A DNA stretch of 61,593 bases, the filler included, from Anaerolineae bacterium (GTDB lineage Bacteria; Chloroflexota; Anaerolineae; Epilineales; Epilineaceae): NCBI GenBank assembly GCA_029262755.1. It is 5 parts of 5 records of this genome, joined end to end, with 100 filler letters (N's around TTAATTAATTAA, not from the genome) between each part and the next. Parts side by side here need not be neighbours in the genome. Positions count along the whole stretch, not along the records: positions 10,138 to 20,406 come from JAJCYU010000146.1; positions 20,507 to 47,543 come from JAJCYU010000147.1; 3 more parts are not named here. One strand, given 5' to 3'. Shown piece by piece: positions 10,501 through 20,731 of this stretch. Each line of letters begins with the position of its first letter. Position 1 is the stretch's first letter. The notes beneath the pieces are model-generated. The model was not told where the DNA came from and did no database searches. It worked only from the letters and a program-made list of their open reading frames with translations. The position numbers and the translations under genes are program-made.

Positions 10501-12833
10501 GCAACGCGATGCGGGGGATGACGGCGCGGACCCCAGCCGTGGAGTGCACGCGCCCCGTGGCCGCGCGCATCGCGACCGCTGCGTTTGCGGCCGCTGCCCT
10601 GTGCGCGGTCGTTGCTAGCGCGCCCGGCACGGTCGCCGCGCAGGGTGATCGCAGCGTCTCCGTCGCCGGAGCTGTCGCCGGCCCCGGCGCAGCGCTCCCC
10701 GCGTACGGGCTCGTCGAGCTTGGCCGCTACGGCGGCGCGACGCGCGCCGTGAGCACGGACGGCGATCGCGTGATCGTGGGTGTGGGTACTACCGTGCACA
10801 TCTACACCATGGACGAGTCCGGCGGGACGCGTTCGCTCGGCGCGGCCGTGCGGATGCCCGGTCCCGTGACGGCGCTGGATGCCGCCGACGGACGGGTGCT
10901 CGTGGAGCTGGCGGGGCAGGCGGTGTACGCCATCGATCTGCGGGGTCCGGGCCCGGCGCGCATCGGGCGCCCGCTCGTCGGATCCGTGGCGGTCGGTCAG
11001 CAAGGCTCGCGCATGGTGCTCATGGCGCAGGGTGTCGCGTTGATCGCAGCGCGTGACTCGTGGCAGGCGGTCGACGTGTCCGATGTCTCGCGGCCGCGCA
11101 TCCTCTCTGAGGTGGCGCTGCCGGGTCCATCGCTGGGCATGGCATTGGACGGGGATCGCCTCTTCCTCCTGGCGCGCGTTTCGCAGGCCCCGCCGACTCC
11201 CGCCGATGACGCGAGCCTGCTCGCGTGGAATGTTGCCGCTCCCGCGTCGCCGGTCGCCCATGGCCCGTCGGAGGGTTTGAGGTTCGACGTCGTCACCACC
11301 CTCGTCGCGGTTGCGCAGGACGAAGCGCTTTTGCTGAACCGTGGCCGCCTCGAGGTGATTCCCGTCCCCGTGGCCGGAGACTGGGAAGCGCAGGCCCTCC
11401 TCACGGTGACGGGCCCAAGCCATGTGGTGGCCGGGTCCGCGATCTACGTTGCCATGCAGTCGCCGCGGGGTCTGGCCCGAATCGACGGCCCCACGTACAC
11501 CGTGGCGATGTTCAGCGAAGTCGATCGCCGAATCGAGCACCCGCCCGATGTTCGTGCCATGCACCTGGACGAGGATCGCCTGTTCGTGGCGTACGCGAAC
11601 GGCGGCGTGCAGGCCTTCGACCTAGCGAACCCTGAATTCCCAGTGCCGCGCGGCGAGCCCTTCGCAGCGTTCGGGGTCGTCGCGGACATCGCGTTGGACC
11701 GGAACACGGCGTGGCTCGCTACGAGCCAAGGATTGCGTGTGCTGGAACACGGTCGTGGCGGCCCGGTCCGATCCGTTGGGGAATGGCCATTGGCTAGCCC
11801 TTTGTTGGCCGTCGATGTGCAAGACGGAAGGGGCGTTGTGGCCGGCTCGCGCAGGCGACCAGACGACCATCAGGGCGAGGACGTCGTCCAATCCGGCTAC
11901 GAGAGCCTCCTGCACGTGATCGACGGTCGCGATGTGCAGAGCCCCGTCTTGGTACGGACGATCCCGCGCGATGGGATTCCGCGCGACGCGTTGGTCGAAG
12001 GCGACCGCGCCTACGTACTACACCGGCCGGGCGCAATCGTCGCGCTGGCGCTCGACGCGCCGACGCGGGATGCGCCGAGCGGGGAGCGGCCGCGCGCCCT
12101 GGCCAAGCTTGTCCGGGCCGCTGTCGGCCTCGAGCAGCTGAGCTTGGAGGGGGAGCGCTTGTGGGCCACCTGGCACAACGACACGTTCGGGGTGGGATTC
12201 GGTGACTTCGGGCTGGCGTTTTGGGATGTCTCCGATCTCAGCGTGACCCCATATGGGTCAAGGCTCTCGCGTAGCGTCCCGCTGGGGTTCAGACCGCCAG
12301 CCGGCGCGGCGCGCGGCGCGGCGTTCGGCATCGTGGGGCCCAGCGGGCTTACGTCAGGACCGGGTCCCGCTACGGAGGATAACGGGAACAGCACGCGTGT
12401 GGAGCCCATGGTGGGCGCCATGGTCGACATGGAGGGGATGCACCTGGTTCGCGTAGAGGCGAGCCTTTCGCTGCAGGGCGGGCCGATAGATCGCATCGCC
12501 TCGCTCGATCTCCCGCTGCGCACCGTGGCGCCGGGGATCAGAACACCTGCCTTCACCCCCCAACGCTCCGACCTCGTCGTGCAGGACGGATTCGCGTGGA
12601 TCGCCGCGGCAGACGCAGGGCTGCGCGCCATGGATGTCCGGATCCCCGATCAGCCCGACGAGGTCGCGTGGCTGACCGGCCCCGAATCGATCGTCGGCGT
12701 GGACGTCGCGGGACCCATCGTCGCTGTTGCGGCGGGCGAGGACGGCGCGGTGTTGCTGCGGTGGACGGGTTGGGCGCCTGCGGCACGACTGTGGCTGCCT
12801 TGGGCGGGCGCCGGAGGTGCGCAGCGGAGGTAG
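10497..12833 (+). CDS. Secreted LVIVD-repeat beta-propeller protein, paralogue 1
   Basis: GTG overlaps upstream TGA (GTGA); signal peptide ending VAAQ; DRLFVAYANGGVQAFDL and FAWIAAADAGLRAMDV repeats; ends RLWLPWAGAGGAQRR. Confidence 0.85.
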   Translation: MSNAMRGMTARTPAVECTRPVAARIATAAFAAAALCAVVASAPGTVAAQGDRSVSVAGAVAGPGAALPAYGLVELGRYGGATRAVSTDGDRVIVGVGTTVHIYTMDESGGTRSLGAAVRMPGPVTALDAADGRVLVELAGQAVYAIDLRGPGPARIGRPLVGSVAVGQQGSRMVLMAQGVALIAARDSWQAVDVSDVSRPRILSEVALPGPSLGMALDGDRLFLLARVSQAPPTPADDASLLAWNVAAPASPVAHGPSEGLRFDVVTTLVAVAQDEALLLNRGRLEVIPVPVAGDWEAQALLTVTGPSHVVAGSAIYVAMQSPRGLARIDGPTYTVAMFSEVDRRIEHPPDVRAMHLDEDRLFVAYANGGVQAFDLANPEFPVPRGEPFAAFGVVADIALDRNTAWLATSQGLRVLEHGRGGPVRSVGEWPLASPLLAVDVQDGRGVVAGSRRRPDDHQGEDVVQSGYESLLHVIDGRDVQSPVLVRTIPRDGIPRDALVEGDRAYVLHRPGAIVALALDAPTRDAPSGERPRALAKLVRAAVGLEQLSLEGERLWATWHNDTFGVGFGDFGLAFWDVSDLSVTPYGSRLSRSVPLGFRPPAGAARGAAFGIVGPSGLTSGPGPATEDNGNSTRVEPMVGAMVDMEGMHLVRVEASLSLQGGPIDRIASLDLPLRTVAPGIRTPAFTPQRSDLVVQDGFAWIAAADAGLRAMDVRIPDQPDEVAWLTGPESIVGVDVAGPIVAVAAGEDGAVLLRWTGWAPAARLWLPWAGAGGAQRR

Positions 12834-13124
12834 CTGCGGGGGAGGTGGTTCATCGTAGGCTGACTACCTGTTTGCACTCGGGCCACAACTCGGAGCTACA
12901 ACTCGAAGCCCTCAACTTCGTGACCCCGCAACCCCGCGACCCGTCCCCTCTCCGTCGCGAGGGTGTCCAAACGGGCACGACGGCCAGGCTGTTCGAGCGT
13001 GGTCGTCATTCGCCGGAGGTGCGCCGTCCATCCGTCCGTCCCCGTTGCGTGCTCCACGCAGTCGTCGAGCGAGTCGCGCTCGTCGCGTGACCCGCGCGAG
13101 TTGCCGACACCGCGCGAGTCGCGG

Positions 13125-15500
13125 ATGGCGCGATTGCGGGGCTCGCTGGCCCGTACGGGTGTCGTGGGCTGGATCCCGATGCTGCTCGCGGTAGGTGCGA
13201 CGCTTCCGGCGGACGCGCAGGCGGATATCACAGCGATCCACGTGGGCTTCTCGTCCAGCGTGACCCGGGCGGATGATCGCGGAACGATGGCCGGCATCAG
13301 TGCCGGCCCGAGTGCCGACCCCAGTGCCGCCATCAATACCGGCTTCGGCCCCGGCCCCGGTGCGCCGCTCCCTGCGCGTGGTCTTGTCGAGCTGGGCCGC
13401 TACGGCGGCGCCACCCGCGCCGTGAGCGCGGACGGTGATCGCGTGCTCGTGGGCGTCGGCACGACCATCCATGTGTTTCGACTCGATGCCGATGGTGTCG
13501 CGCGCCTTCAGGGCGCCCCGATCCGCATGCCGGGTCCGGTCACAGGGCTCGAGGCGGCGGGGGGACGCGTTCTTGTGGAGCTGGGCGGCGAGGCCGTCGT
13601 CGCGGCGGATCTGCGCGGTCCCGGGCCGCCGCGGGTCGGAAGGGCCATCGTGGGGCGCAGGGACCCGCGCGAGGCAGGGCCGCGCATGGTGCTTGGCGCG
13701 GGAGGCACTGGCTTCGTGGCGCGCGGGGAGGCGTGGTTGGCCATCGATCTCGGCGATGTCCTGCGGCCGCGCGTGCTGGCCGACACCGCGGTGGAGGGGA
13801 TACCGCTCGGCATCGCGCTCGACGGGGATCGGCTGTTCGTGGCCGTTGAGCGGGTCGACGCTGCAACGGGTTTGCCGCAGAACGCCGCCCACCTGTTCGC
13901 CTGGGACGTCTCGCGGCCACAGGACCCGCACCCAGCGGGGCCGGCTACGGGACTGGATGTAGGTCGAATCGACGCGATGTTGGATGTCGGCGCGGAGCGG
14001 GCACTCCTGCTCGATCGGGGCCGGCTCTCCGTCCTGCCCGTACCGACCGACTCAACCTGGGCGTCCGCGCCATTGAAGAGCGTATCGTTCGTGAGCGTTG
14101 CGGTCGCCGGAGAGGCGCTCTTCGCAGCACGGGTAAATCCCTTCGATGTCGTACGGATCGACGGTCCTCAGATAGGGGCGCGCTCGATCGTGGATTCCGT
14201 CCATCCTTCGGCCCCGCACCCGCCCGTCGTACGCGCGATGGAGCTGCAGGACGACCGCCTGTTCGTCGCGTACGGTGACCACGGCGTGCAGGCCTTCGAC
14301 GTCTCCGACCCCGAGTCGCCCAGGATGCTCGGCGAGCCCTTTGCCGCCTACGGTGGCCTTGTGGCTGATATCGCGCTGGACGCGGACCTTGCCTGGTTGG
14401 CGACGGCCTCTGGGCTGCGCATCGCGGACCTGGCGCGCGGAAGACCGGCCGCGATCGGCGGGCTGGACGCCGAGGCGCCCATGCTCACGGTTGGCGTCGA
14501 TGGCGGTCGCGTGGTGGTCGCGGGCCCGCGTCCACCCGAGGTCATCCGCCATGCCACCGCAACCCCAGGCGAACGATGGCAACAGCCGGCGGATGAGGGA
14601 GTGCTTTGGGTCGTCGACGCGCGCAGTCCTTCCCACCCGAGCCTGGTGCGTTCGATCGAGCGTGAGGGAATCCCGCGCGACGTGATCGTCGATGGCGCGC
14701 GGGCCTACGTCGCCCAGAGTCCTGGTGCGGTTCTCGTGCTCGACCTAGGTGCCAGCCCCGCGAACCCGCCTCAAGTAGTCGCGAAACTCGCACGGAGCGG
14801 CTTGAACATCGCCCATCTCAGCAAGGACGGCGATCGCATTTGGGCAACGTGGCACGACCGTAACTATGCGGCCTCCCTCCCGGGCTTCATGCCCAGCGCG
14901 TTCGGGTTGGTGCTCTGGAGCGTCCCGGACCTCGACGCGCCCTTGTACGGCAGCCTCATGCGGCGGACGACCATTCCGGGCTTCCCGGTGCCAGGAGTCG
15001 CCGGACGCTCGAACGCCTTCGTGGTGCTGCGCACACGCGACGGCACGCTGGTCGAGGGCGAAGGGACGCCGGACGCCGGCACAACGGTGCTGGGCGCCAT
15101 GATCGATCGCGAAGGCATGCACGTGGTGTCCAGTCCGTCGAGCGAGTCGTTGCAACAGCGGCCACTCGTACGTCGCGCCACGATCGATCTGCCTTTGCGC
15201 GTGGTCGAGCCACGGCTTAACGTGCGCGGATTCACTGCTCAGCGGACCGAGATCGACGTGCAGGGTGACATCGCGTGGATCGCCGCGGCGGACGCAGGGC
15301 TGCGCGCCATGGACGCCCGGATTCCCGAGCAGCCCGACGAGGTCGCGTGGCTGATCGGTCCCGAGTCGATCGTCGGCGTGGACGTCGAGGGCCCTATGGT
15401 TGCCATTGCGGCCGGGGAGGACGGGGCGATGTTGCTGCGCTGGACGGGCTGGGTGGCTGCGTCGCAGGTGTGGTTGCCGTGGGCGGGGAGTGCACGTTGA
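13125..15500 (+). CDS. Secreted LVIVD-repeat beta-propeller protein, paralogue 2
   Basis: Probable ATG 13125 with signal peptide ending PADAQ; colinear with its neighbours; ends QVWLPWAGSAR. Confidence 0.85.
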   Translation: MARLRGSLARTGVVGWIPMLLAVGATLPADAQADITAIHVGFSSSVTRADDRGTMAGISAGPSADPSAAINTGFGPGPGAPLPARGLVELGRYGGATRAVSADGDRVLVGVGTTIHVFRLDADGVARLQGAPIRMPGPVTGLEAAGGRVLVELGGEAVVAADLRGPGPPRVGRAIVGRRDPREAGPRMVLGAGGTGFVARGEAWLAIDLGDVLRPRVLADTAVEGIPLGIALDGDRLFVAVERVDAATGLPQNAAHLFAWDVSRPQDPHPAGPATGLDVGRIDAMLDVGAERALLLDRGRLSVLPVPTDSTWASAPLKSVSFVSVAVAGEALFAARVNPFDVVRIDGPQIGARSIVDSVHPSAPHPPVVRAMELQDDRLFVAYGDHGVQAFDVSDPESPRMLGEPFAAYGGLVADIALDADLAWLATASGLRIADLARGRPAAIGGLDAEAPMLTVGVDGGRVVVAGPRPPEVIRHATATPGERWQQPADEGVLWVVDARSPSHPSLVRSIEREGIPRDVIVDGARAYVAQSPGAVLVLDLGASPANPPQVVAKLARSGLNIAHLSKDGDRIWATWHDRNYAASLPGFMPSAFGLVLWSVPDLDAPLYGSLMRRTTIPGFPVPGVAGRSNAFVVLRTRDGTLVEGEGTPDAGTTVLGAMIDREGMHVVSSPSSESLQQRPLVRRATIDLPLRVVEPRLNVRGFTAQRTEIDVQGDIAWIAAADAGLRAMDARIPEQPDEVAWLIGPESIVGVDVEGPMVAIAAGEDGAMLLRWTGWVAASQVWLPWAGSAR

Positions 15501-17905
15501 GGTCATCGACGGCAGGCCCGAGGCGCCGGTCGCAGCGGTCGCGACGGGCACAACGGGCACAACGGGCACAACGGCCACGCCTGGTCCCGCCCGTCGTGCG
15601 ATCGGGGGGAGCGCTGCTCTGCGCAATCGTGGTGGTCTGGATCCTGACGCTGCTCACGGTTGGCGGGTCGCTTCCGGCGGACGCGCAGGACGACGCGCTG
15701 GAGATCGGGGCTCACGTGGGCCCCTCGTCCACGGTGACGCAGGCGGATGATCGCGGCCCCGATACCGGCTTCGGCCCCGGCCCCGGCGCGCCGTTCCCGT
15801 CGCGTGGCCTCGTCGAGCTTGGCCGCTACGGCGGCGCCACCCGCGCCGTGAGCGCGGACGGCGATCGCGTGCTCGTGGGCGTCGGCACGACCATCCAGGT
15901 GTTTCGACTCGATGCCGATGGTGTCGCGCGCCTTCAGGGTGCCCCGATCCGCATGCCGGGTCCGGTCACAGGGCTCGAGGCGGCGGGGGGACGCGTTCTT
16001 GTGGAGCTGGGCGGCGAGGCCGTCGTCGCAGCGGATCTGCGCGGGCCTGGGCCGCCGCGGGTCGGAAGGCGCATCGCAGGGCGCAGGGAAGCGGGACATA
16101 CGGGGCCGCGCATGGCGCTGAGCGCAGATGGCGTGGCGTTCGTCGCCCGGATCGCGTTGTGGTCGGCGTTCGACGTAGGCGATGTCCTCCGTCCGCGCGT
16201 GCTGGCCCAGACGAAGGTCGAAAGCGTGATTCGCGGCATCGTGCTCGACGAGGATCGCCTGTTTGTGGCCGCCGATCGAATCAGCGCGTCGACCGGCACC
16301 TTGGAGGGCGCCACCCGACTCTACGCCTGGGACGTCGCGCGGCCCCAAGACGTACGTCCTTCAGGGCCGGCGATGGGGCTGCTCGTTGGTCGAGTCGACG
16401 CGCTGTTGGATGTCGGGGAGGGGCTGGCTCTCATTGTCGACGCGGGAACGCTGACATTCCTGCCCGTGCCCATCGACGCTGCATGGGATTCGGAACCAGT
16501 GCGCAGCGTTGCGCACGTGAGCCATGCCGTGGCCGGGGCCGCGGTGTTCGTGGCGCGCATCAAGCCCTACGAAGTTCTTAGTGTCTACGGTGTCTGGTAC
16601 AAGGCCCGCCGCATCGTAGAGCCCGTCGATCTGTCGTCCCCGCACCCGCCGGTCGTGCGCGCGATGGAGCTAGCCGGCGACCGCCTGTTCGTCGCGTACA
16701 ACGACCATGGCGTGCGGGCTTTCGACGTCTCCGACCCCGGGTCTCCCTTGCCGCTCGGCGAGCCCTTCGCCGACTACGGTGGTCTCGTGGCCGACATCGC
16801 GCTGGACGAAGAGCTTGCCTGGTTGGCGACCGCCGAGGGTCTGCGCATCGTGGACCTGGCGGGAGGACGGGAAATCGGCGGTCTGGCCGCCGACGCGCCG
16901 CTGCTCGCGGTGGACGTGGACAACGGCCGCGGCGTGGTCGCGGGCCCTCTGGCGCCCGGTCTCGTGGAGTACGGCACCGCGACCCCGCGCGATGTGTGGC
17001 GACTACCCTCCGACGAAAGCGAGCTCCAGGTCGTTGACGCGCGGGAGCCGTCCCGCCCGATTCTCGTTGGCTCGGTCCACGGCGGGGGTATCCCGCGCGA
17101 CGTGCTCGTCGAGGCCGATCGCGCCTATATCGCCCATCGCCCGGGTCCGGTCCTCGTGCTCGACTTGGGTTCGGGTGCCGCCGATCCACCGCATGTGATG
17201 ACCAATCTCGTGCGCAACGATGTCAAGCTCGCCCATCTCAGCAAGAAAGGCGACCGAGTATGGGCGACGTGGTTCGACAGAACGTATGCCGAAGGCTTCG
17301 CACCCGGCAGGTTCGGTCTCACCTTTTGGAACACGGCTGACCGTGACGGGCTCGTGCACGGGGGGCTCGTGGAGCGGACTTCATATCGGAGGGTCTTTGT
17401 GCCGACAGGTGCCGGGCGCTCTAGCGCGTTTGTCGTGTTGCGCGGACACGACGGCAGCGCGGGAGAGGACGAAAGCACGGCGGTTTCCCGCGCAACGGTG
17501 CTTGGGGCCATGATCGATCGTGAAGGCATGCACCTCGTATCCAGCGACGCGAGCGTGGAGCTTCATCAACGGCCGCTCGTTCGGCTCGCCACCATCGACC
17601 TTCCCCTGCGTGCCGTAGAGCCGGGGCTCTCCTCGAGGGGCTTCACCGCACAGCGGACCGACATGGTGGCGCAGCACGGTATCGCGTGGATCGCCGCCGC
17701 GGACGCAGGCTTGCGCGGCCTGGACGCCCGGCTGCCCGATCATCCCGACGAAGCCGCCTGGCTGACCGGCCCGGAGTCGATCGTCGGCGTGGACGCCGAG
17801 GGCACCGTCGTTGCGGTCGCGGCAGGTGAGGACGGGGCGATGTTGCTGCGCTGGACGGGGTGGGTGTCTGCGTCGCAGGTGTGGTTGCCGTGGGTGGGGC
17901 GATAA
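15497..17905 (+). CDS. Secreted LVIVD-repeat beta-propeller protein, paralogue 3
   Basis: TTG overlaps upstream TGA after GGGGAG; signal peptide ending PADAQ; ends QVWLPWVGR. Confidence 0.85.
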   Translation: MRSSTAGPRRRSQRSRRAQRAQRAQRPRLVPPVVRSGGALLCAIVVVWILTLLTVGGSLPADAQDDALEIGAHVGPSSTVTQADDRGPDTGFGPGPGAPFPSRGLVELGRYGGATRAVSADGDRVLVGVGTTIQVFRLDADGVARLQGAPIRMPGPVTGLEAAGGRVLVELGGEAVVAADLRGPGPPRVGRRIAGRREAGHTGPRMALSADGVAFVARIALWSAFDVGDVLRPRVLAQTKVESVIRGIVLDEDRLFVAADRISASTGTLEGATRLYAWDVARPQDVRPSGPAMGLLVGRVDALLDVGEGLALIVDAGTLTFLPVPIDAAWDSEPVRSVAHVSHAVAGAAVFVARIKPYEVLSVYGVWYKARRIVEPVDLSSPHPPVVRAMELAGDRLFVAYNDHGVRAFDVSDPGSPLPLGEPFADYGGLVADIALDEELAWLATAEGLRIVDLAGGREIGGLAADAPLLAVDVDNGRGVVAGPLAPGLVEYGTATPRDVWRLPSDESELQVVDAREPSRPILVGSVHGGGIPRDVLVEADRAYIAHRPGPVLVLDLGSGAADPPHVMTNLVRNDVKLAHLSKKGDRVWATWFDRTYAEGFAPGRFGLTFWNTADRDGLVHGGLVERTSYRRVFVPTGAGRSSAFVVLRGHDGSAGEDESTAVSRATVLGAMIDREGMHLVSSDASVELHQRPLVRLATIDLPLRAVEPGLSSRGFTAQRTDMVAQHGIAWIAAADAGLRGLDARLPDHPDEAAWLTGPESIVGVDAEGTVVAVAAGEDGAMLLRWTGWVSASQVWLPWVGR
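15544..15579 (+). repeat. 9-bp tandem repeat (ACGGGCACA)x3 plus a degenerate copy
   Basis: Encodes RAQRAQRAQRP in the signal peptide n-region of paralogue 3. Confidence 0.85.
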
Positions 17906-18050
17906 CCGGTCGTCCCGCCGCAGTCGGTGCGTTCGTTTTGGACCGCCCACACGGCTAGAGACAGCGCTCCACACCGGAGGCCCGAGCAACGTTCGTTCCC
18001 CTTTCGACCGGCCGTTCGTCTCACCGGCTGATACGCTCTCTGCGGACACC

Positions 18051-18365
18051 ATGGAGAGGATCTCGATGCGCGTCGATGATGTCGCCCAAACGACCGAACT
18101 GGCCGTGTCGAATATCGTGCGATCCGCGGACATTGCGCGATCGGCACACATAGAGGCCGGCAATCGACCGCTCCCGCGCGCGTCGAGCTACCGGCGCGTT
18201 GCAGCCCGCCTCCAATGCGCCGCGGTCCTCGTGGCCCTCGCGGTCTTCGCGAGCCGTGGCGAGGCCCGCGCGCAACGCGGCCTGCCGATCGAGCGCGGGT
18301 TCACCCCGATCGCGCGCGTCAGCGATCACGTGAACGGTGTCGCCCAAGCAGGGGATCGACTCCGC
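18051..18365 (+). pseudogene. Probable truncated remnant of a further secreted LVIVD-type gene
   Basis: Signal peptide AAVLVALAVFASRGEARAQ, then GFTPIARVSDHVNGVAQAGDRL (compare GLVELGRYGGATRAVSADGDRV); similarity then ends. Confidence 0.5.
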
Positions 18366-18423
18366 GAACCAACACGACGGCGCTGCAACTCCCTCGGTTG
18401 GCGACATTATTTCCGGTCGCGCC

Positions 18424-20406
18424 CTAGCGCGTGCCCACCGCTATTGGTGACACCACAGGAAGGAAGATCGACGGCCCCTCTCGCGGCACGCGGTCATGGA
18501 GCATCAAGAGTCCCTCGCTTCGCAACGTGACGATCGCAGTCCGTTCGACGCCGGATATCTGATGGATGAAGCCCGGCACGTTGGTCCAGCCGAGTTCCGA
18601 CGGTGCGCGGTCTGAGCGAACCGCTAGAAGGCGCACGGAGGAGGAACCGGCCATGGGCGTGACCGCGACCCAAACGCGCCCTGCCAGGCCGTCCGCGATC
18701 CAGTTCACCGTGCCGGGAACATCCAGGTCGCCTAGGTGGCGCGGGCTCTCCGGTCGCTCTATGTTGATGGCGTGCACCCTGCCGCGCTCCCCCACAAGCA
18801 AGACCTTCCCGGCGATATGGACCGTCTCAGCAACGGGCAGAGCGGGCAGCAGTGGGCTCAGGTCGGGGAGCGCCGGGGGCCGAAATGCGGCCGCGTACAG
18901 GCCTCCGTTTGTGAGCACCGCGACGCGATCCTCGGTCAGCGCAAGGCTTTTCACGGTGCCGGGTACAGTATCCTCAGGCCATGGATCGGAGACGGGTGTC
19001 GCGGCCGATGGCTCGAGATCGACGGTGATCAAGCGGCCGTCGATACCGGTGACTGCCCAGCGGCCATTCGTGGCTACGCTGCTGAGGTTCCCATGCCGGG
19101 CCGCCCGAGGGGGAAGGGCGACTTGCACCTCGGGCTCTGTGGCACCGCATCGAAAGCGCCGCAGCACCGGCGCGCCGTCGCTCAGGACGACGAAGGTGTT
19201 TCGCGCGCCCCATGCATGGAAGAAGGCACCCATTCCAAGCGTGCCGGTTCGCCGGAGACCGCTCGGTGGCTGCACGTCCCACCAAGAAAATCGGTAGTAG
19301 GGATAGGGGTCGCTCCCCAAGAGCAACGTGCATTGCTGTTGAACAACCACCGTAGCCACGTGCATTGGCGGCGGAGGGCGCAGGGTTCGCGGCGTGCCCA
19401 GTGTCGAGGATTCCGGGCCACCACGGAAGATGAGTATCTCGTCGGCCGTGGTCAAGAACAGTTCTTCGCCGACGGCGCTGATCGACGGCCGGTACAGGGG
19501 GAGGGAATCGACCAGCTGCGGCTCCGGGTTGCCGGATTCGTCAATTCGCCAGATCTCACCCTCCGACGTCGTCGCCCAGATCGCCCCGTGCCACCACGTT
19601 GCCGCGCTGATCCATTCGACGACGGGGATCGTCCGATCCACGAAGAGCTTGGGCCACGCGGCGGCATCGGGCGATCTCCGTAGCTCCAGCAGCATGAGCT
19701 CCTTGCCGAGCAACCAGATCGAATCTCGGATCCGCACCACCCGGAACCATGCCACCCTGTTCCAATCGGTTGCTCCGTTCAAGGCGACCGGACTCAGCTC
19801 GCTCTCGTCCGCCAAGGAAAAGGCTGTGAGGCCTCTGCCTTCTGCAATCAGGACCACCAGGTCTCCGATCAACATTTCGCTCGTGGTCCCCTGCGCCATT
19901 GCCTCAGCGATAGGCCGCGGACGGCTCGAGTCGCTGATGTCGAACAGGCGGATCCGATTGCCGGGCGACGGCGGCTCCACCCACGAAGGACCGTCCGCTA
20001 CCAATGCACGATCGCCGTCCACGTGCACGCGCAACGCGTAGCGATGGCCTTGTGTGAACGCTCCGATCGGTGCACCGAAGGGCGCGGCAAGCGAGCTGGC
20101 ATCGAAGACGAGCAAGCCGGCGAAACCCGCGGTAACCAGGAGCCGATCTCCTTCGACCGCCATGTCCGTCACCGCGTCCGCGAGGAGAGGCGAACGGTCC
20201 ACCCACCGAGGCTCAGCACCCCGTAGGTCGACCCGCGCGATCCGCGGCCCCACACCGACGTAGAGCCACTCGCCGGATGGATGCACGGCGATCGCGTTGA
20301 TCGCGCCCTTGTCATGGTGGACGATTTCCACGCCTTCGCCCTGCGGCGCCCAACCCGGACTGATCGTGGCGCCGGGGGCTTGCGCGAGAAGGACCGGCTC
20401 GGGGCG
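18424..20406 (-). CDS. Divergent LVIVD-repeat propeller protein (5' truncated by spacer)
   Basis: WLYVGVGPRIARVDL, DMAVEGDRLLVTAGFAGLLVFD; frame open to the gap; ends SIFLPVVSPIAVGTR. Confidence 0.8.
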   Translation of the reverse strand, partial: RPEPVLLAQAPGATISPGWAPQGEGVEIVHHDKGAINAIAVHPSGEWLYVGVGPRIARVDLRGAEPRWVDRSPLLADAVTDMAVEGDRLLVTAGFAGLLVFDASSLAAPFGAPIGAFTQGHRYALRVHVDGDRALVADGPSWVEPPSPGNRIRLFDISDSSRPRPIAEAMAQGTTSEMLIGDLVVLIAEGRGLTAFSLADESELSPVALNGATDWNRVAWFRVVRIRDSIWLLGKELMLLELRRSPDAAAWPKLFVDRTIPVVEWISAATWWHGAIWATTSEGEIWRIDESGNPEPQLVDSLPLYRPSISAVGEELFLTTADEILIFRGGPESSTLGTPRTLRPPPPMHVATVVVQQQCTLLLGSDPYPYYRFSWWDVQPPSGLRRTGTLGMGAFFHAWGARNTFVVLSDGAPVLRRFRCGATEPEVQVALPPRAARHGNLSSVATNGRWAVTGIDGRLITVDLEPSAATPVSDPWPEDTVPGTVKSLALTEDRVAVLTNGGLYAAAFRPPALPDLSPLLPALPVAETVHIAGKVLLVGERGRVHAINIERPESPRHLGDLDVPGTVNWIADGLAGRVWVAVTPMAGSSSVRLLAVRSDRAPSELGWTNVPGFIHQISGVERTAIVTLRSEGLLMLHDRVPREGPSIFLPVVSPIAVGTR

Positions 20407-20506
20407 NNNNNNNNNNNNNNNNNNNNNNNNNNNNNNNNNNNNNNNNNNNNTTAATTAATTAANNNNNNNNNNNNNNNNNNNNNNNNNNNNNNNNNNNNNN
20501 NNNNNN
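20407..20506. other. Artificial contig-join spacer
   Basis: N44-TTAATTAATTAA-N44. Confidence 0.98.
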
Positions 20507-20731
20507 GCTCCGGCGGTCGCTGGACGGCGAGTGGGAGCTTTGGATGCCGCAATCACCGTAGCCCTTCCTGGAAACTAGCTCTTCCTTGACGCTGCCCGCG
20601 ACGCGTCACTAGACTGCGCCGCCGGCCAGTCCCTGCCCACTACTACGTGGCGCAAACGCGCCCGATCGAGGTCTGATGCTCGACTCCAAGCGTGCCCCCC
20701 GCAACGCGCCCTCGCCGCCGAGGAAGCGGCC

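Noticed and set aside
10138..17905. Diversity-generating retroelement acting on the LVIVD paralogues
   Set aside because: No reverse transcriptase in the window, and the differences are not adenine-specific.
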